Source: Bacillota bacterium (GTDB lineage: Bacteria > Bacillota > DTU065). Taken from it: 64,000 nucleotides of DNA. The stretch spans positions 3,735-67,734 of the forward strand of contig JAHDNZ010000029.1 in assembly GCA_018435125.1 (NCBI GenBank), given 5' to 3'. Shown piece by piece: positions 19,957-32,916 of this stretch. The notes beneath the pieces were generated by a model that searched no databases, was not told the origin of the DNA, and saw only the letters and a list, made by a program, of their open reading frames with translations. Each line of letters opens with the position of its first letter. Position 1 is the first letter of the stretch. The position numbers and the translations under genes were made by a program.

Positions 19957-20032
19957 AGCTTTTCCCTCCTTAAAATTGCATCATGAATACCTTTTTCATT
20001 TTAACTGAAATATTCGCCGTTTGTCAATTAAA

Positions 20033-21457
20033 TCAGCCAAACAACCGGGATAGATTCTCTTTTTTGCTTTGAATCAAATCCCCTACTCTCTGACTATAAG
20101 TAGCTGGACACTTGGGATTGATAACTCTAGATATTTTTTCTCCTAAAAACCTGGTTGAAGCTCCCGCTCCTAAACCAACTACAGTCTGCAACTCTTCTAT
20201 CATAACAATATTATAATAACACTCGGTTCCTGCAATTGCATACCCTATATTCTCCAGATTTGCTGCCATATGCCTCTGTCTATAAAGATAATAGGGTTTT
20301 ATATGCGCAGCCTCTAATCGCTTAGATGCTAGTTCAACCATCTTAAGAGTTTCTGTCTCCAAAGGCCAGGCAATGTTTCTAAGGTTTTTGTACCACCCTG
20401 AGGCTCTTTTGGCAGCTAAGGTATGCACCGTAACATTTTCTGGGGCTAGTGCTAATATGTTATCTAGGGCAAACTCCATATCTGACACCTTTTCGCCCGG
20501 AAGCCCTGCAATTAGATCGATATTAAGCACAGGTATTTTAACTTCTCTAACTAGAGAGACCGCCTGAAAAAACTGCTCCACCGTATGGCTCCGACCTAGT
20601 AAATCCAAAGTTTTTTGATTTAAGGTTTGAGGATTGACACAGACCCTATTTACACCACCTGCTTTTAAGGCTGCTAGCTTTGGCCTGTCTATACTATCTG
20701 GTCTGCCGGCTTCTACAGTCAGCTCTTTGGTAAATGGCACAAGCTCTAGAAGTTCTTGCAGTTCTAAAGCTGTAAGCGTAGTTGGAGTCCCTCCTCCGAT
20801 ATAGACGCTAGCAACTGAGATTTCGTTTGCTGAAAAATAACTGTTTAATTCGGTAAGCTCCTGGAAAAGTGCCTTGAGAAATTGTTTTTTTAAATGACCA
20901 TGAGTACTTAACGGATATGCTGCAAAAGAACAATAAGCGCAACGTGTAGGACAAAAAGGAATCCCGATATAAAGGCTTATAGCTCGCTTTGTATTCGGGG
21001 TCAAAATCTGAGCCTGTTTCAGATATATACTTTGCAAAAGTTTAGCTTTTTCAGAGCTAAGACCATAGACCGACATTAATATCAGTTCGGTCTCTTTAAG
21101 ATTAAACCCTCTTTCTAAAAGAAGACGGTAGAGATTACCCGGCCTTACACCTTCCAAAGAACCCCAGAATAGCTTTTTTTCAGTATAATCTGCCAAGGCC
21201 CTTACCGCAGCAGTCTTTGTGAGTTCGCCTTTTCTACGCTCAAGATCGGTTTTTAGCCAGCGAGTATCACCAACCAGAACATCATTAGCCATACCAACAG
21301 TTTTTTTATCCTGGCCTACAACTTCAACTTTAACAGTGCTAACCATTTCACTCACTTTAAGGGTAAGTTCCTCTGGCATCTCTTGATAAAAAAATATATT
21401 TAAGGCACTATTTATGGCCGCAAGCAAAGCTTTAGGGCTTTTAATCTCTATAGCCAT
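20033..21457 (-). CDS. radical SAM protein, HemN/HemZ-like coproporphyrinogen dehydrogenase family
   Basis: CxxxCxxC cluster CPTRCAYC. 474 aa. Confidence 0.75.
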   Translation of the reverse strand: MAIEIKSPKALLAAINSALNIFFYQEMPEELTLKVSEMVSTVKVEVVGQDKKTVGMANDVLVGDTRWLKTDLERRKGELTKTAAVRALADYTEKKLFWGSLEGVRPGNLYRLLLERGFNLKETELILMSVYGLSSEKAKLLQSIYLKQAQILTPNTKRAISLYIGIPFCPTRCAYCSFAAYPLSTHGHLKKQFLKALFQELTELNSYFSANEISVASVYIGGGTPTTLTALELQELLELVPFTKELTVEAGRPDSIDRPKLAALKAGGVNRVCVNPQTLNQKTLDLLGRSHTVEQFFQAVSLVREVKIPVLNIDLIAGLPGEKVSDMEFALDNILALAPENVTVHTLAAKRASGWYKNLRNIAWPLETETLKMVELASKRLEAAHIKPYYLYRQRHMAANLENIGYAIAGTECYYNIVMIEELQTVVGLGAGASTRFLGEKISRVINPKCPATYSQRVGDLIQSKKENLSRLFG

Positions 21458-22083
21458 CAGATAAGTCTCCTCCAGTACCTAAGTACTTTCTTTACTTCCT
21501 TGAAGGTTGTACTTTCACCATGACCGGGATAGACCAGCCAGTCTTGGTCAAAACTTAAAAGTCTAGTTAATGTATCCGCCATTAAGCCCTGGTTGCCTCC
21601 TTTTAAATCAGTCCTGCCTATACTTTCCTTAAAAAGCGTATCTCCTGAAAAAAGGTGTTTATTATCCAAAAGATACATCACCGATCCCTTAGTATGTCCC
21701 GGCGTATGAATTGTTTCAAGGAGATGTCCCTGAAAATCGATTTTTTCCTGATCCGTTAAGAGCCTCAGGTTTTCAACTGGTTCTAAACTATCTCCTAAAA
21801 TATAAGGGCTGAGATTGTAAGTGTCGTCTTTTATAAATATAGTCTCATCCTTATGGAGGTAAAGAGGTATTTGAAAGTGATCGGTAATTTTCTTAGCCTC
21901 GGCTATATGATCGGCATGTCCGTGGGTAGCAAAACAATGGCTTATTTTGTAATCTGCTAGCTTATCTAATTTCACCACAGGATCTATTAAAAGAGCAGTT
22001 TCTCCCTCCACTAATAGGTAGCTATTGGCAAGTGAAGTGCTAAACTGCTTAATCTCCATTTTACTATCCCCTTTGGCTATCAA
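21457..22083 (-). CDS. MBL-fold metallo-hydrolase
   Basis: HxHxDH motif (HCFATHGHADH). Confidence 0.8.
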   Translation of the reverse strand: MIAKGDSKMEIKQFSTSLANSYLLVEGETALLIDPVVKLDKLADYKISHCFATHGHADHIAEAKKITDHFQIPLYLHKDETIFIKDDTYNLSPYILGDSLEPVENLRLLTDQEKIDFQGHLLETIHTPGHTKGSVMYLLDNKHLFSGDTLFKESIGRTDLKGGNQGLMADTLTRLLSFDQDWLVYPGHGESTTFKEVKKVLRYWRRLI

Positions 22084-22519
22084 TTATAAGTGTAACCGGA
22101 CCATCGTTAACTAAACTTACTTCCATATGCGCCCCAAAAATACCGGTATGTGTAGTTATTTGTTTTTTTAAAATTGCCGCTGTATATTGATAGATTGGTT
22201 CAGCTAATTTTTGGTTCATAGCTCTGGAAAAGCTGGGGCGACGTCCCTTTTTGCAGTCTGCAGCCAGAGTAAACTGGCTGACCAGCAAAATTTCTCCCCC
22301 TATCTCCTTTATTGAAAGCTCGAATTCTTTTTCCTGATCCCGGTCTCTATCTGGAAATACCCTTAAGTTTAGAAGTTTGTCTGCGATATACTCCGCATCC
22401 TTTTTAGTATCATTATCTACGATCCCCAAAAGCACCACCAGACCGGCATCAATTGAGGCAACTATTTTAGCATCTACTAAAACAGCCGCTTTTTTAACTC
22501 GCTGTACTAAAGCTAGCAT
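22064..22519 (-). CDS. dtd: D-aminoacyl-tRNA deacylase
   Basis: Start taken at MLALVQRV. Dtd-sized protein with the SQFTL motif. Confidence 0.85.
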   Translation of the reverse strand: MLALVQRVKKAAVLVDAKIVASIDAGLVVLLGIVDNDTKKDAEYIADKLLNLRVFPDRDRDQEKEFELSIKEIGGEILLVSQFTLAADCKKGRRPSFSRAMNQKLAEPIYQYTAAILKKQITTHTGIFGAHMEVSLVNDGPVTLIIDSQRG

Positions 22520-22542
22520 CTTTTTCACCTTCAATCCTTGGC

Positions 22543-24693
22543 TTATGTTGGTCTGGCACGATTAACGGTAATAATACCTCTTAGCTGTCTAAGTCTGCTT
22601 ATCACGTTTTGTAGATCAGCAATATTTTCTATATTAACCACTATCTGAATACTAGCTCTGCCATCATCCAGGGCTCTGGCATTTACGGCTGCTACATTGG
22701 TATTGCTTTCAGTCAAAGCAGCCATGATGGTAGTCAGAAGGTTTGGCCTGTCATAAGCTTCGAGGTGAAGCTCTACCGGATAATAACCAGCTTCGGCTTC
22801 ATCCCAACTTACAGCAAGTAACCTCTCTTCCCCGAGAGAACTTACATTGGGGCAATCTGATCTATGAACCGTAACTCCCCGGCCTCTGGTAATATAGCCA
22901 ATAATATTATCTCCCGGAACAGGAGAACAGCAGCGAGCGAGTTTAATTAGCATATCCTCAGCACCAGTTACACTAACTCCTGCTCCTTTGCTAACTGGTT
23001 TTACAGTAGTCTTTATAAGTTGCTTGGCTTTTAGTTCTTGCTTGCGATTATTATATACCGTTAAACCTACTAAATCCTTGATGACAGAACCTGCTGTAAT
23101 TGTTCCATAACCAATAGCTGCAAAAAGGTCCTCCGGATTTTGATAGCGGAGATCCTTAGCTAACTCTTCAACTTTATCTGCCAAAAGAATCTCATTGGGC
23201 TCCCATTCAAGTCGACGACACTCCCTACTTAGCAGATCCCGACCTTTGATGATGGAATCTTCCCTTTGTAGTTCTCTTAATTTCTGTCGGATACGGTTTT
23301 TAGCTTTTGAGGTTTTAACAAAGTTAATCCAGTCCTGACTGGGTGAAGAATGTTTTGAAGTTAAGATCTCTACAAACTCGCCATTTTTTAATTTATAATC
23401 CAAAGGCACTATCTTGCCATTAACTTTAGCTCCTACACAAGTATTGCCTACAACTGTATGCACTTCGTAAGCAAAATCAACCGGCGAAGAACCCGCAGGC
23501 AGAGTAACCACATCACCTTTGGGAGTAAACACAAAGACCTCATCTTCAAAGAGATCGATCTTTAAGGTTTCCATAAACTCCCCGACATCTTTCATCTCTC
23601 TTTGCCACTCAAGAATCTGCCTAAGCCAGGCCAGTTTTTCATCCATCGGATCGGAACCCTTAATATCCTCTTTGTACTTCCAGTGAGCAGCAATTCCATA
23701 TTCAGCTGTGCGATGCATCTCCCAGGTTCTTATCTGCACTTCAAAAGGCTCTCCATTTTCACCAATAACTGTGGTATGAAGAGATTGATACATATTAGAT
23801 TTTGGCATGGCTATGTAATCTTTGAATCTCCCCGGCATTGGTTTCCAAAGAGTATGCACAACCCCTAAAACTCCATAACAGTCCTTAACGTTTTCTACGA
23901 TAACCCGCACAGCCGTTAAATCGTAGATCTCTTCAAAGTCTTTGCCTTGTTTAACCATTTTTTGATAGATACTATAAAAATGTTTAGGCCGGCCATAGAT
24001 CTCGGCTTCTATATCAAGTTCTTCAAGGCGCTTTTTTAATTTGACAATAACCTCGCTGATAAACACTTCACGTTCATTGCGGTTTTTAGCAACTTTATTG
24101 ACAATATAATAATATTCGTCAGGGTTTAGGTAGCGAAAGCCCAAATCTTCCAGTTCCCATTTTATCCGCCACATACCAAGTCTATGAGCCAAAGGCGCAT
24201 AGATCTCTAAGGTTTCCCTGGCATTTTTCTTTTGTCTTTCAGGCGAGAGGTAACGCAAAGTACGCATATTATTTAAGCGATCAGCCAATTTAATTAAGAC
24301 TACACGCAGATCTTTGGCCATGGCCAAAAACATCTTGCGAATATTTTCAGCTTGTTGCTCTTCTTTAGAAAGGGTGGGTATCTTTTCCAGCTTAGTGACA
24401 CCATCAACTAAAAGTGCTATCTGATCGTTAAATTCTTCTTTAATCTTACCGACTGAGATTTTGGTATCTTCTACCACATCATGCAAAAGTCCACCGATAA
24501 TTGTATCTACATCTAGTTCCAGATCCGCTAATATATAAGCCACCTCTAAAGGATGTTCAATATAAGCTTCACCTGATTCACGATACTGTCCCTGGTGAGC
24601 ATTGTCTGCAAAGGCATAGGCTTTTTTAACAATTTCAAGATTCGCTTCAGCTGTATATTGTTTCATTCGTATGAGCAGATCATCTAGTTCCAT
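22543..24693 (-). CDS. relA: bifunctional (p)ppGpp synthetase/hydrolase Rel
   Basis: 716 aa with HD hydrolase (HDVVEDT), synthetase, TGS and ACT domains. Confidence 0.95.
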   Translation of the reverse strand: MELDDLLIRMKQYTAEANLEIVKKAYAFADNAHQGQYRESGEAYIEHPLEVAYILADLELDVDTIIGGLLHDVVEDTKISVGKIKEEFNDQIALLVDGVTKLEKIPTLSKEEQQAENIRKMFLAMAKDLRVVLIKLADRLNNMRTLRYLSPERQKKNARETLEIYAPLAHRLGMWRIKWELEDLGFRYLNPDEYYYIVNKVAKNRNEREVFISEVIVKLKKRLEELDIEAEIYGRPKHFYSIYQKMVKQGKDFEEIYDLTAVRVIVENVKDCYGVLGVVHTLWKPMPGRFKDYIAMPKSNMYQSLHTTVIGENGEPFEVQIRTWEMHRTAEYGIAAHWKYKEDIKGSDPMDEKLAWLRQILEWQREMKDVGEFMETLKIDLFEDEVFVFTPKGDVVTLPAGSSPVDFAYEVHTVVGNTCVGAKVNGKIVPLDYKLKNGEFVEILTSKHSSPSQDWINFVKTSKAKNRIRQKLRELQREDSIIKGRDLLSRECRRLEWEPNEILLADKVEELAKDLRYQNPEDLFAAIGYGTITAGSVIKDLVGLTVYNNRKQELKAKQLIKTTVKPVSKGAGVSVTGAEDMLIKLARCCSPVPGDNIIGYITRGRGVTVHRSDCPNVSSLGEERLLAVSWDEAEAGYYPVELHLEAYDRPNLLTTIMAALTESNTNVAAVNARALDDGRASIQIVVNIENIADLQNVISRLRQLRGIITVNRARPT

Positions 24694-24777
24694 AAGATAC
24701 CACCTGCCTTTCCAAAAAAGCTTTAGATTAGGGAGCGACCTAAAATAAGGCTGCTCCCTTTAAATATCTATTAAAAT

Positions 24778-25290
24778 TTAATATTTAACTAACGAGAAGA
24801 TATCATAACCAGCTAACTTCTCTCGACCATTTAAATAAGTTAGCTCAATAATAAAGGCCAAGCTAACAACCTCGGCTTGTAACTTGTTTACCAGCTCAAC
24901 CGTAGCTTTTGTAGTTCCACCTGTTGCTAAAAGATCATCACAGATAAGTATCTTTTCACCCGGTTTTAGAGCATCTTTATGGATCTCCAAAGAATCAGTT
25001 CCATATTCTAAAGCATACTCAACTTTTTCAACGGCACAAGGTAACTTACCTGGTTTTCTAACCAGAACAAACCCAGCTCCCAGAGCATAGGCAAGAGGTG
25101 CACCAACTAAAAACCCTCTAGATTCGATCCCTACAACAGTATCAATACCCTTATCCTTATAATGATCTCTTAGAGTTTCGATTAGAGCGTTAAAAGCCTT
25201 GCCATCTTTTAGCAGAGTCGTGATATCCTTAAAACTAATACCTGGTTTGGGAAAATCAGGTATTTCTCTGATTTTGCCACGAAAATCCAT
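24778..25290 (-). CDS. apt: adenine phosphoribosyltransferase
   Basis: 170 aa with the PRPP-binding motif ILICDDLLATGGT. Confidence 0.95.
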   Translation of the reverse strand: MDFRGKIREIPDFPKPGISFKDITTLLKDGKAFNALIETLRDHYKDKGIDTVVGIESRGFLVGAPLAYALGAGFVLVRKPGKLPCAVEKVEYALEYGTDSLEIHKDALKPGEKILICDDLLATGGTTKATVELVNKLQAEVVSLAFIIELTYLNGREKLAGYDIFSLVKY

Positions 25291-25337
25291 TATTTAGACC
25301 TCCTTAAACAATGAAGCTAATGTTTTAATCAATGCAG

Positions 25338-27791
25338 CTAGAGCGAAGCTACTTCAGAGGCATATAGCTCAAGTTCTTGTCTCAGGAATATACCCTCATT
25401 ATAGCTTAGAGATTTATGCAAGTCTAGCTTGTGCTTGGGTACTTTAATTACATAGCTCACTCCATCTTTATTTAAGCCCATATACTCCATGAGACCAATT
25501 TCGGTAAAGATTATGAAAGCTCTTTTGATTATTTCCTCTGTAAAGGGTTGTCCGAAACGGTTTTCCATATCCAGGGCTACCTGTTTATAAGTTCCCCGCC
25601 AAATCATCTTATCAGCTGATTTTTTTAAAAACAGATAGATCCTCCGCAGATCTTCTTGGCCTGGAATAGCCAGCTTATGTTGGCGTTTAATATTTTGAAA
25701 ACTTTTTTTATCAATCGAGAGGCTAACCTGTTTAGAAGCTTGGGCTACTTCCCAAAATAGTCTCCACCACCAGTAGTTTACAGGCAGATAACCCAAAGTA
25801 CATTCTTTAGCTCCCTCTGCTAAAAAAGCCAACAAAACCTGATCACTATCTATAAGAAGACCGATATTTTTGTTTTTAAGCAGTTCAGGCTTTATAGAAG
25901 GCTGGTTAAGATCCCTTTTTTGCAGTTTAAACTCCACTTGAGAATCTAAAAATAATTCCGCCTGGAGCGTTTTTAGATTATGAACAAGGCCAACTGTAGG
26001 CAGATAGATAGTTGTATCTCCTTTTAAATAGCTTTGTGAAAGCTCTTTTAATTCACCACCAGGCAGTGACTGCCAGAACTGCCAGATCTCCCCTTCTCCA
26101 AAACACTCCCATTTTTTGTCACTGGAGCGTATTCTTTTTACCTGTAAAGAAACCGACCTTTGCCCTTGGTATTCATTGACCTCTGGAACAAAGGCCAAAT
26201 CTACCTTCTCGCTTTTTTCAATTTCCTCAAGGTACGATGCCATATTAAAGGCTATACCACTATAGTGCTGATTGTTTTTCCCTAGTTGTAGCTTAAGGTG
26301 CTTTTTGTCGGCACCAACAAGATAGGCATTATCCAGCAGAGCCTCTTTTAGAGCAAAAAGAGGTGAGGGGTTAGCTGCCCCACACGGCTCGAGTAAAGCT
26401 AGCTCTTCAATTAAGGAAATGGTAAGTGGTGAATTAATCGAAGCATCAAGGTAGACTCTCTTATAAAGATCTTCAGTTTTTATTGTCCTATCTGCATAAT
26501 CTAAAAAAGCTTCTTGAAAGGCTGCGATATTAGTTTGGCAAATCGATAGACCGGCTGCCATGGGATGGCCTCCGAATTTCAGTAAATAAGTTTTATTGGC
26601 CTCCAGGGCATTATAGATATTAAAGTTTTCGATACTGCGGCAAGAGCCATGGCACTCATTACCGCTTAACTCAATCACAATAGTCGGACGATAGTGTTTT
26701 TCCACAATACGGGAAGCAACTATGCCTATTACACCGCTGTGCCAGTTTTCTCCTGCCAAAACCAAGGCTTTGTGATCGAGCTGTTTCTCGGCCTGTTTTA
26801 AGGCTTTTTGCAGAATCTCATCTTCTATACTCCTGCGACTGGCATTTAGTTGATCAAGATTAACCGCTATAGGTAGAGCTTCCTGTAAGGTTTTTGCCAG
26901 AAACAATTCTACCCCGTCATTGGCGGTAGCAAGTCTACCAGCAGCATTGATTCTAGGTGCCAAAATATAAGCCACACTACTTGCATCAATGGGTCTGTCT
27001 CCTAGCCTGGCAGCCTGCTTAAGGGCTACAATTCCAGGAACAGGTTCTTTATTCATACTCACTAAGCCCTGCTTTACGATACGTCTGTTTTCATCCACCA
27101 AGTCGACAATATCAGCAATGGTCCCCAATGCAGCCATTTGTACTTGTAAGGGACTGAGTTGAAAATAGGCAGGTGCTTCTTGAGCTAGTGCTTGAGCGAG
27201 TTTATAAGCCACTCCCGCCCCGCAAAGCGGAGCCGGATATTGATTTAGGTGGGGATTAACTACGGCACAGGCTTCAGGCAATACCTCTAGTGGTGTATGG
27301 TGATCGGTAATAATTAAATCCAGCCCCAGCATTTTTGCCTCTTTAGCAATCTCAACCGAAGTTATACCACAATCAACTGTAATTAAAAGATCTGTTCCTT
27401 TGGCTTGGAGATTCTTTACAGCCTCTAAATTTAAACCATAGCCTTCTGTTAACCTTTCCGGTAAATAATAGCTTACCTGAGCGCCGCTTCTTTGAAAGAG
27501 ATCCATTAAAAGGGTAGTTGAGGTAACTCCGTCCACATCGTAATCTCCATAGATAACGATCTTTTCACTCTTTTTTACGGCTCTAAGGATTCTTTCTACG
27601 GCGATTTTAAGATCAGAAAGCTCTAAAGGTGAATGAAAAGGTCCTCCCTCGATAAGAAAGGTATCTGCTTTTTCAGCTTCAATGCCACGGGCTAAAAGCA
27701 ATTTAGCCAACAGGGGTGAGCAGTTTAATTTAGCAGCTAAAAGCTGAGCCTCTACCAGGGAAACTCGCGCTACATTCCAAATCTCAGGCAT
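25338..27791 (-). CDS. recJ: single-stranded-DNA-specific exonuclease RecJ
   Basis: DHH and DHHA1 motifs (ITDHHTP). 817 aa with an OB-fold C-terminal extension. Confidence 0.9.
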   Translation of the reverse strand: MPEIWNVARVSLVEAQLLAAKLNCSPLLAKLLLARGIEAEKADTFLIEGGPFHSPLELSDLKIAVERILRAVKKSEKIVIYGDYDVDGVTSTTLLMDLFQRSGAQVSYYLPERLTEGYGLNLEAVKNLQAKGTDLLITVDCGITSVEIAKEAKMLGLDLIITDHHTPLEVLPEACAVVNPHLNQYPAPLCGAGVAYKLAQALAQEAPAYFQLSPLQVQMAALGTIADIVDLVDENRRIVKQGLVSMNKEPVPGIVALKQAARLGDRPIDASSVAYILAPRINAAGRLATANDGVELFLAKTLQEALPIAVNLDQLNASRRSIEDEILQKALKQAEKQLDHKALVLAGENWHSGVIGIVASRIVEKHYRPTIVIELSGNECHGSCRSIENFNIYNALEANKTYLLKFGGHPMAAGLSICQTNIAAFQEAFLDYADRTIKTEDLYKRVYLDASINSPLTISLIEELALLEPCGAANPSPLFALKEALLDNAYLVGADKKHLKLQLGKNNQHYSGIAFNMASYLEEIEKSEKVDLAFVPEVNEYQGQRSVSLQVKRIRSSDKKWECFGEGEIWQFWQSLPGGELKELSQSYLKGDTTIYLPTVGLVHNLKTLQAELFLDSQVEFKLQKRDLNQPSIKPELLKNKNIGLLIDSDQVLLAFLAEGAKECTLGYLPVNYWWWRLFWEVAQASKQVSLSIDKKSFQNIKRQHKLAIPGQEDLRRIYLFLKKSADKMIWRGTYKQVALDMENRFGQPFTEEIIKRAFIIFTEIGLMEYMGLNKDGVSYVIKVPKHKLDLHKSLSYNEGIFLRQELELYASEVASL

Positions 27792-27805
27792 CTCATCACC
27801 TCTTT

Positions 27806-27843
27806 AAAAACAATGGCCTGACTTTTAAGTCAGGCCATTTTGC
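27806..27843 (-). terminator. terminator after secF
   Basis: AATGGCCTGACT-TTTA-AGTCAGGCCATT hairpin flanked by U-runs. Confidence 0.7.
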
Positions 27844-27850
27844 TGTTACT

Positions 27851-28753
27851 TCATTTTGCCTTCTTCTCTGATGCACTCTCCCATATAGCCCAGATGGGAC
27901 TAGCTATAAACAAAGAAGAATAGGTGCCAACAATTATACCTATCGTAATGGCCAGAGTAAAATTGCGAATTGATTCACCGCCAAAGATAAGTAAAGCAAT
28001 AATCGCAACCAGCGTGGTTACCGAAGTGTTAATTGTGCGTCTTAGGCTCTGATTGATAGAACTATTTACAACCTCAAAGAAGGTTTCTTTCGCTCTTCTT
28101 GTGTGCATATTTTCACGTATCTTATCAAAGATCACGATGGTATCATTAATTGAATAACCAACCAGAGTTAGGATGGCTGCTAAAAACGGGCCATCGATCT
28201 CTTTTTGAGTTAGAGCAAAAAAACCCAGTACCAGTAAAACGTCATGGGCCAGAGCCATAACAGCGCCTACACCACTTTTAAATTGAAATCTAAAACTAAT
28301 ATAGATAAGCATCAAAGCACCGGCAATAATAAGCGACCACAAGGCATTTTTTAATAACTCTTTACCGATGGTAGGACCGACCTTTTGCACTTGAAGCAGT
28401 TCATTATCGATAGTGCCAATCTTCTCTTCAAAAACTTCCAAAATAGCACTCTCTTCAGCATCTTCCAGAAAACGGGTTTTTATTAAAACACCGCTTTTAT
28501 TGTCACCCGGATTAAAAAGCTGTACCGAAGTACTGCCAAGATCAAAATCTTTAATTCTTGGATCCGCTAAAACCTTATCTTGGACTTGTCCGGGAAGAAT
28601 TTTGCTATCGGTTATGATCTGTAAAACGGCACCACCTGTATAATCAATACCATAATTTAAGCCTTTAGTTATTAGCATAACAATCGCCAAAATAACTAAA
28701 ACAGCGCTAATACTTAAATAGATCTTTCTGTTTTTAATTACCTTTAAATCCAC
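27851..28753 (-). CDS. secF: protein translocase subunit SecF
   Basis: Six-TM SecF architecture. Likely GTG start at 28753 with an AGAGGGGG RBS. The ORF track TTG start lies 33 nt upstream. Confidence 0.85.
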   Translation of the reverse strand: MDLKVIKNRKIYLSISAVLVILAIVMLITKGLNYGIDYTGGAVLQIITDSKILPGQVQDKVLADPRIKDFDLGSTSVQLFNPGDNKSGVLIKTRFLEDAEESAILEVFEEKIGTIDNELLQVQKVGPTIGKELLKNALWSLIIAGALMLIYISFRFQFKSGVGAVMALAHDVLLVLGFFALTQKEIDGPFLAAILTLVGYSINDTIVIFDKIRENMHTRRAKETFFEVVNSSINQSLRRTINTSVTTLVAIIALLIFGGESIRNFTLAITIGIIVGTYSSLFIASPIWAIWESASEKKAK

Positions 28754-28757
28754 TTTG

Positions 28758-30026
28758 CTACCCCCTCTTGACAAAATAGCGGCCAAGTCTTTCCGGGTCT
28801 TTTTCAGCCATTAATTCGATAAATGTTCTTGTCACAAAGATAGCTGTAAACATACTGGTTAAAATACCAATACTTAATGTCACTGCAAAACCTTTGACTT
28901 GTGCGGTGCCAAAATAAAGTAGTACAAATGCTGCAATCAAAGTGGTGATATTAGAGTCAAAAATGGTCCAGAAAGCTCTATTAAAACCGGCATCGATACC
29001 ACTTCGTATAGTTCTGCCGTTATTTATTTCTTCTTTTATGCGTTCAAAAATAATAACATTGGCATCAACCGCCATACCGATTGAGAGGATAAAACCTGCA
29101 ATGCCAGGCAGGGTAAGAGTAGCTCTAAACAGAGCTAAAACAGCTAGCATAGTTGCAGCATAGATAATTAAGGCTGTATCGGCTAGCAAGCCAGGTACGC
29201 CATAAAAAGCCCACATAAATACTAAAACCAGGGCAATGCCGATTAAACCTCCAATCATACTTTGGTTAATCGAACGCTGACCTAAAGTTGGGCCCACTAC
29301 ACTACTGGCTATTCTTTCAAGAGGTACAGGTAAAGCACCTGCGTTAATTAACGCAGCCTTTTCCTTCGCTTCGGTGAAGGTAAGTCCGGTGATTCTTGCA
29401 TTGCCTCCGGTAATTGGTTCATTGACTACAGCATTTAGTAAAACCTCTTCGTCAAGCCTGATTATAATTGGCTGACCTACTAGTCTGGTGGTTGCCTCGC
29501 CAAATTTTTTAGCTCCATCGGCTGTAAAAGCCAGATTGATCTGGGCTCCCGGTCCATCTTCTCTGGCACCGGCTTGGGCTTTTTGAACATCCTTACCAAC
29601 TAGCAGGACATTACCATGACTGTCTTCAAAAAAAAGTTGGGCAGTGCGGCCAATTAGCTTGGCTGCTTCTTCAGGACTTTTTACTCCTGGAATTTGCACA
29701 ATAATGCGGTCGTTTTCTAAATCGAGTTGAATTGTCGGTTCAGCTACTCCTAGCTCATCAACACGTGCACTGATAACATTTTTTGTTTCTCTTAAGGCGT
29801 TATCGAGTTGCGCTCCTGTTATTGTAACTTCTGCTGTAGGTGCCAAAACAACATAGACACCGCCTTTTAAGTCCAGTCCTAGCTTAATAGGGAAAGTGTA
29901 GGTCTGTTCTTTGCGATTGTAACCGAGGATCCCTAAAATTAGAGCAGCAATTGCTACAACAACCAGAACAACAGTAAAGCGTACTTTGTTTTCTGTCCTC
30001 AAAACTTGTTCCTCCTTTACAGCCAA
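28758..30026 (-). CDS. secD: protein translocase subunit SecD
   Basis: 422 aa SecD. Confidence 0.9.
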   Translation of the reverse strand: MAVKEEQVLRTENKVRFTVVLVVVAIAALILGILGYNRKEQTYTFPIKLGLDLKGGVYVVLAPTAEVTITGAQLDNALRETKNVISARVDELGVAEPTIQLDLENDRIIVQIPGVKSPEEAAKLIGRTAQLFFEDSHGNVLLVGKDVQKAQAGAREDGPGAQINLAFTADGAKKFGEATTRLVGQPIIIRLDEEVLLNAVVNEPITGGNARITGLTFTEAKEKAALINAGALPVPLERIASSVVGPTLGQRSINQSMIGGLIGIALVLVFMWAFYGVPGLLADTALIIYAATMLAVLALFRATLTLPGIAGFILSIGMAVDANVIIFERIKEEINNGRTIRSGIDAGFNRAFWTIFDSNITTLIAAFVLLYFGTAQVKGFAVTLSIGILTSMFTAIFVTRTFIELMAEKDPERLGRYFVKRG

Positions 30027-30047
30027 CGACTATAATAACTTTTATAA

Positions 30048-32505
<2,458 letters not shown>

Positions 32506-32509
<4 letters not shown>

Positions 32510-32886
32510 CCCAAATTATGTGGCCCGAAAGAAACCGGCAGCAGTTCCTTAAGGGTATAACTACGCCATTGTTTTTTTTGATTTATAAGTATTATAGTCT
32601 TAATATTAAATTCCCTCATAACCTGCAAACAGATACCACAAGGAGGGGTAAGCTCACCGGAAGCGGCTATGGCTATTTTATTAAAGCGAGTCTGTCCATC
32701 TGCTACCGCCTTAAAGATCGCTACCCGCTCTGCGCATACCGTAGCCCCGAAGCTTGCATTTTCTATATTGCATCCGGTATAAATACAGCCGGACTCGGTT
32801 TCTAAGGCTGCTCCCACCAGAAAGTTGGAATATGGTGCATAGGCTTTTTCTCTGGCTTTAAGAGCTTCTTTTTGGAGTCTCTCCAT
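32506..32886 (-). CDS. cdd: cytidine deaminase
   Basis: CAERVAIF and PCGICLQ zinc motifs. Confidence 0.9.
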
Positions 32887-32916
32887 TTAAACTTCCTCCT
32901 AGACATAAAAAAATAT